A stretch of DNA of 64,000 nucleotides. Source: Candidatus Actinomarina sp. GTDB lineage: Bacteria > Actinomycetota > Acidimicrobiia > Actinomarinales > Actinomarinaceae. How positions within the stretch are numbered: position 1 is the stretch's first letter; the number at the start of each line of letters is the position of its first letter. A program made the position numbers and the translations under genes. The stretch spans positions 147,978 to 211,977 of the forward strand of contig JAYQJM010000005.1 in assembly GCA_038142145.1 (NCBI GenBank). The letters run 5' to 3'. The notes beneath the pieces were generated by a model. It worked only from the letters and a program-made list of their open reading frames with translations, made no database searches and had not been told where the DNA came from. This document shows, piece after piece, positions 61,306 through 64,000 of the stretch.

Positions 61306-61577
61306 TTTGAAATTAAATTTATATCTCCAAAGATTTTAATTTTTTCATTGAACATTAGATCTTCAGGGTGAATATCTCCATTTACTAAATTGTTAAATGT
61401 TGTTTCTTCCATTTTGAAAACTAAGTTGGATTTAACATAAACATTTTTATCTGCTTTTTCACCAGTCTCAATAGAATAAATTATTTCTTTATCTGATATC
61501 TCAAAGTAGATTCTTGAAGAATTAATACCAGTATTTTCTAATTTTTTATTTAGATTGAGTAATGATTCTTTAATCAA
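61290..61577 (-). CDS. SCP2 (sterol-carrier-protein-2)-like small lipid-binding domain protein
   Basis: TTG start overlapping the sdhB stop (TTGA); 95 aa. ...TTFNNLVNGDIHPEDLMFNEKIKIFGDINL matches the SCP2 C-terminal pattern (by eye). Confidence 0.6.
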   Translation of the reverse strand: MIKESLLNLNKKLENTGINSSRIYFEISDKEIIYSIETGEKADKNVYVKSNLVFKMEETTFNNLVNGDIHPEDLMFNEKIKIFGDINLISNKKGD

Positions 61578-62269
61578 TTAACAGTTAGCGTAATTCTTTT
61601 TACGTCTTCAATAGCTTTTGTAACTTGAATTCCTCTAGGACAAGCTGTTGTACAGTTAAAAGCTGTTCTACATCTGAATGCTCCATTAACATCTTTTAAT
61701 ATTTCAAGTCTTTGTTTGGAGGCTTTATCTCGTGAATCAAATACAAATCTATGAGCATTAACAATCGCTGCAGGTCCAACATAACTATCTGCTGTCCAGA
61801 ACACTGGACAACTGGTTGTACAGGCTGCACAAAGAATACACTTTGTAGTGTCTTCAAATCGATCTCTATCCTCAGGGGATTGAAGCCTTTCTCTTTCACC
61901 AGGTTCTTCATCGTTTATTAAAAACGGCATAACTTTCTTGTATGAATCAAAAAATGTTTCCATATTTACAACTAAATCTTTAATTACTGGCAAACCTCTT
62001 ATAGGCTCAATTTTAATTGGAGAGCTTACTTCTTTGACAAGTACTTGACATGCAAGCATGTTTTCTCCATTTACAACCATTGCATCGGAGCCACAAACTC
62101 CATGTGCACAAGATCTTCTAAATGAGAGACTTCCGTCATCAAACCACTTTATTTTATGTAAAAGGTCTAGAATTCTTTCGTCTGGCTCTGCGTCTAAAGA
62201 ATATTCTTCCCAATGCCCTTTTCGATCAGTTTCTGGGTTGTATCGAAGTATATTTACTTTCACTTCCAT
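61574..62269 (-). CDS. sdhB: Succinate dehydrogenase/fumarate reductase iron-sulfur subunit
   Basis: Three Cys clusters: CAHGVCGSDA, CILCAACTTSCP, CTTACPRG; 231 aa. Confidence 0.96.
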   Translation of the reverse strand: MEVKVNILRYNPETDRKGHWEEYSLDAEPDERILDLLHKIKWFDDGSLSFRRSCAHGVCGSDAMVVNGENMLACQVLVKEVSSPIKIEPIRGLPVIKDLVVNMETFFDSYKKVMPFLINDEEPGERERLQSPEDRDRFEDTTKCILCAACTTSCPVFWTADSYVGPAAIVNAHRFVFDSRDKASKQRLEILKDVNGAFRCRTAFNCTTACPRGIQVTKAIEDVKRITLTVN

Positions 62270-64000
62270 TAGTATTTTCTTTCTTTTGGTTCGTAATTAC
62301 CTAATTCTACATCTCTATATTCAAGTTTCACATCGTCACCATTTTTAAACGCAAATGAGTGCTTTAGCCATTCTTTGTCATCTCTATTTACGTGATCAAC
62401 TCTTGAATGCGCGCCTCTGCTTTCTTTTCTTTCATAAGCGCTTGCAACTGTAGTGTCAGACATATCAAGAAGATACTCAAGCTCAATTGCTTCAAGCAAT
62501 TCAGTATTATAAATTTTACTTTTATCAGAGATAGTGACGTTGCTATACCTGTCTCTTAAGTCTTTCAAAATTTCTTTTTGATTATTTAAGCTATCTTCTG
62601 ATCTAAAAATCTTTGCATTTTCTTCCATTGAATCTTGCAACTCTTCTCTAATCTTTGGAACAGAGAAATTTGGATTATGTTCTTTATCCAACAGATTAAC
62701 TATTTTGTTTTTTAGATCTTCTGCTGCATTTTCTGAAAGGGAATATGATTTTGTAGATGAAACATAGTCAACCATACTTTGACCTGCACGTTTTCCAAAA
62801 ACAACAATATCCAGTAATGAGTTTGTACCTAGTCTGTTAGCACCATGTACACTTACGCATGCAGATTCACCTGCTGAGTAAACACCTGGAAGAACAGTAC
62901 CTTTATTGTCACTTAAAACTCGTGCATCAATATCAGTAGGTATACCTCCCATTGCATAATGTGCGGTTGGCTGTACAGGGATTGGTTCATTGATAGGTTC
63001 AATTTTTACATAAGTTCTTACAAAGTCTGTAATGTCAGGTAATTTTTGCTTTATAGTTTCTGCACCTAAGTGAGTTAAATCTAAATATACAAAATCATTA
63101 TTTGGACCAGCACCATTGCCTTCACTAATTTCTGTAGCAATAGCTCTAGAGACCATATCTCTAGGCGCTAAATCTTTAATAGATGGAGCGTATCTTTCCA
63201 TAAATCGTTCACCATCTTTATTTCTTAAAATACCACCTTCTCCTCGAGCAGCTTCTGAAAGCAGAATTCCAAGTCTATAAATACCTGTTGGATGAAACTG
63301 GTAAAACTCCATGTCTTCTAACGGGATACCTTTTTGATATAAAATACCAGGACCATCTCCTGTTAATGTATGTGCGTTTGAACTTACTTTATATATTTTG
63401 CCAAAACCACCAGTGGCGAATGTTACTGCTCTAGCTTCAAATATATGAATATCTCCGGTAGCTATTTCATAAGCAATAACACCTTTGCATACACCATCAT
63501 CAATTTTTATATCAAGAACTTGGAATTCATCAAAAAATGTAACACCCATAGAAACACACTTTTGATACAACGTTTGCAAAATCATATGTCCAGTTCTATC
63601 AGCAGCATAGCAGGCTCTAAAAGCAGGAGATTCTCCTTCTCTTACGGTATGTCCACCAAATCGTCTTTGAGCAATTTTTCCGTTTTCTAATCGACTGAAA
63701 GGTAGTCCCCAATGCTCTAGTTCAATAACTGAATCAATGGCCTCTTTACAGAGTATGTCAACAGCCGGTTGGTCTGCTAAATAATCAGAACCCTTTACTG
63801 TGTCGAATGCATGCCAGTTCCAATTGTCTTCTTCAACATTAGCTAATGCTGCACTCATCCCACCCTGAGCTGCACCAGTGTGTGATCTAGTTGGATACAA
63901 CTTTGTTATAACTGCTAGTTTCATATGCGGAGCTGCTTCAATGGCTGCTCTTAGGCCAGCTCCACCTGCTCCAACTATTACTCCATCAAACGAATGTTTT
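62269..64000 (-). CDS. sdhA: Succinate dehydrogenase/fumarate reductase flavoprotein subunit (N-terminus beyond window edge)
   Basis: The frame stays open upstream of the track ORF start to nt 64000 (..HSFDGVIVGAGGAGLRAAIEAAPHMKLAV..). SHTGAAQGG covalent-FAD His, HPTG, GANRLG motifs. Confidence 0.97.
   Translation of the reverse strand, partial: KHSFDGVIVGAGGAGLRAAIEAAPHMKLAVITKLYPTRSHTGAAQGGMSAALANVEEDNWNWHAFDTVKGSDYLADQPAVDILCKEAIDSVIELEHWGLPFSRLENGKIAQRRFGGHTVREGESPAFRACYAADRTGHMILQTLYQKCVSMGVTFFDEFQVLDIKIDDGVCKGVIAYEIATGDIHIFEARAVTFATGGFGKIYKVSSNAHTLTGDGPGILYQKGIPLEDMEFYQFHPTGIYRLGILLSEAARGEGGILRNKDGERFMERYAPSIKDLAPRDMVSRAIATEISEGNGAGPNNDFVYLDLTHLGAETIKQKLPDITDFVRTYVKIEPINEPIPVQPTAHYAMGGIPTDIDARVLSDNKGTVLPGVYSAGESACVSVHGANRLGTNSLLDIVVFGKRAGQSMVDYVSSTKSYSLSENAAEDLKNKIVNLLDKEHNPNFSVPKIREELQDSMEENAKIFRSEDSLNNQKEILKDLRDRYSNVTISDKSKIYNTELLEAIELEYLLDMSDTTVASAYERKESRGAHSRVDHVNRDDKEWLKHSFAFKNGDDVKLEYRDVELGNYEPKERKY

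Overview
The window is AT-rich (roughly one-third G+C by eye), almost fully coding, and has no rRNA, tRNA, CRISPR array or mobile element. Gene order matches the Mycobacterium/Streptomyces layout, so this looks like a genome-streamlined, low-GC member of the Actinomycetota; the exact lineage cannot be fixed from this window. The order is rpoC(3' part)-rpsL-rpsG-fusA-tuf, the S10/spc/alpha ribosomal operons with secY-adk-map-infA-rpmJ, truA, rplM-rpsI-glmM, glmS, alr-tsaE-tsaB-rimI-tsaD, groES-groEL. Later come pcrA-sucC-sucD, icd, mdh, hup and sdhBA. From 34.2 to 42.5 kb sits one contiguous, translationally coupled aromatic amino-acid cluster (aroH, DAHP synthase, tyrA, aroA, aroE, aroC, aroK, aroB, aroQ, pheA). 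From 42.5 to 53.5 kb is a mixed-strand housekeeping/accessory stretch: an esterase, a Fur-family regulator with ECF/Cbi-type Q and O genes, csaA, an FMN reductase, plsC, an orphan Opp/Dpp-type permease pair, a YceI lipoprotein, a Nudix hydrolase and an EamA transporter. Five signals are not captured by the ORF track. (1) A membrane-anchored thioredoxin-fold gene has an in-frame TGA exactly at the first redox cysteine, making it a candidate UxxC selenoprotein or a very young pseudogene. (2) A 14-codon Tyr/Phe-rich leader ORF (MKMNKSYFYFSEHI) plus an intrinsic terminator lies in front of DAHP synthase, which looks like a ribosome-mediated attenuator of the aromatic operon. (3) A clear glmS ribozyme precedes glmS, bracketed by an extra 9-bp long-range helix. 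(4) S14 and L36 are cysteine-less, zinc-independent forms sitting inside the core ribosomal operons. (5) There are unannotated small genes: rpmD, rpmJ and a 57-aa glycine-zipper membrane peptide. All functional calls rest on motif and family recognition by eye; no database search was run.
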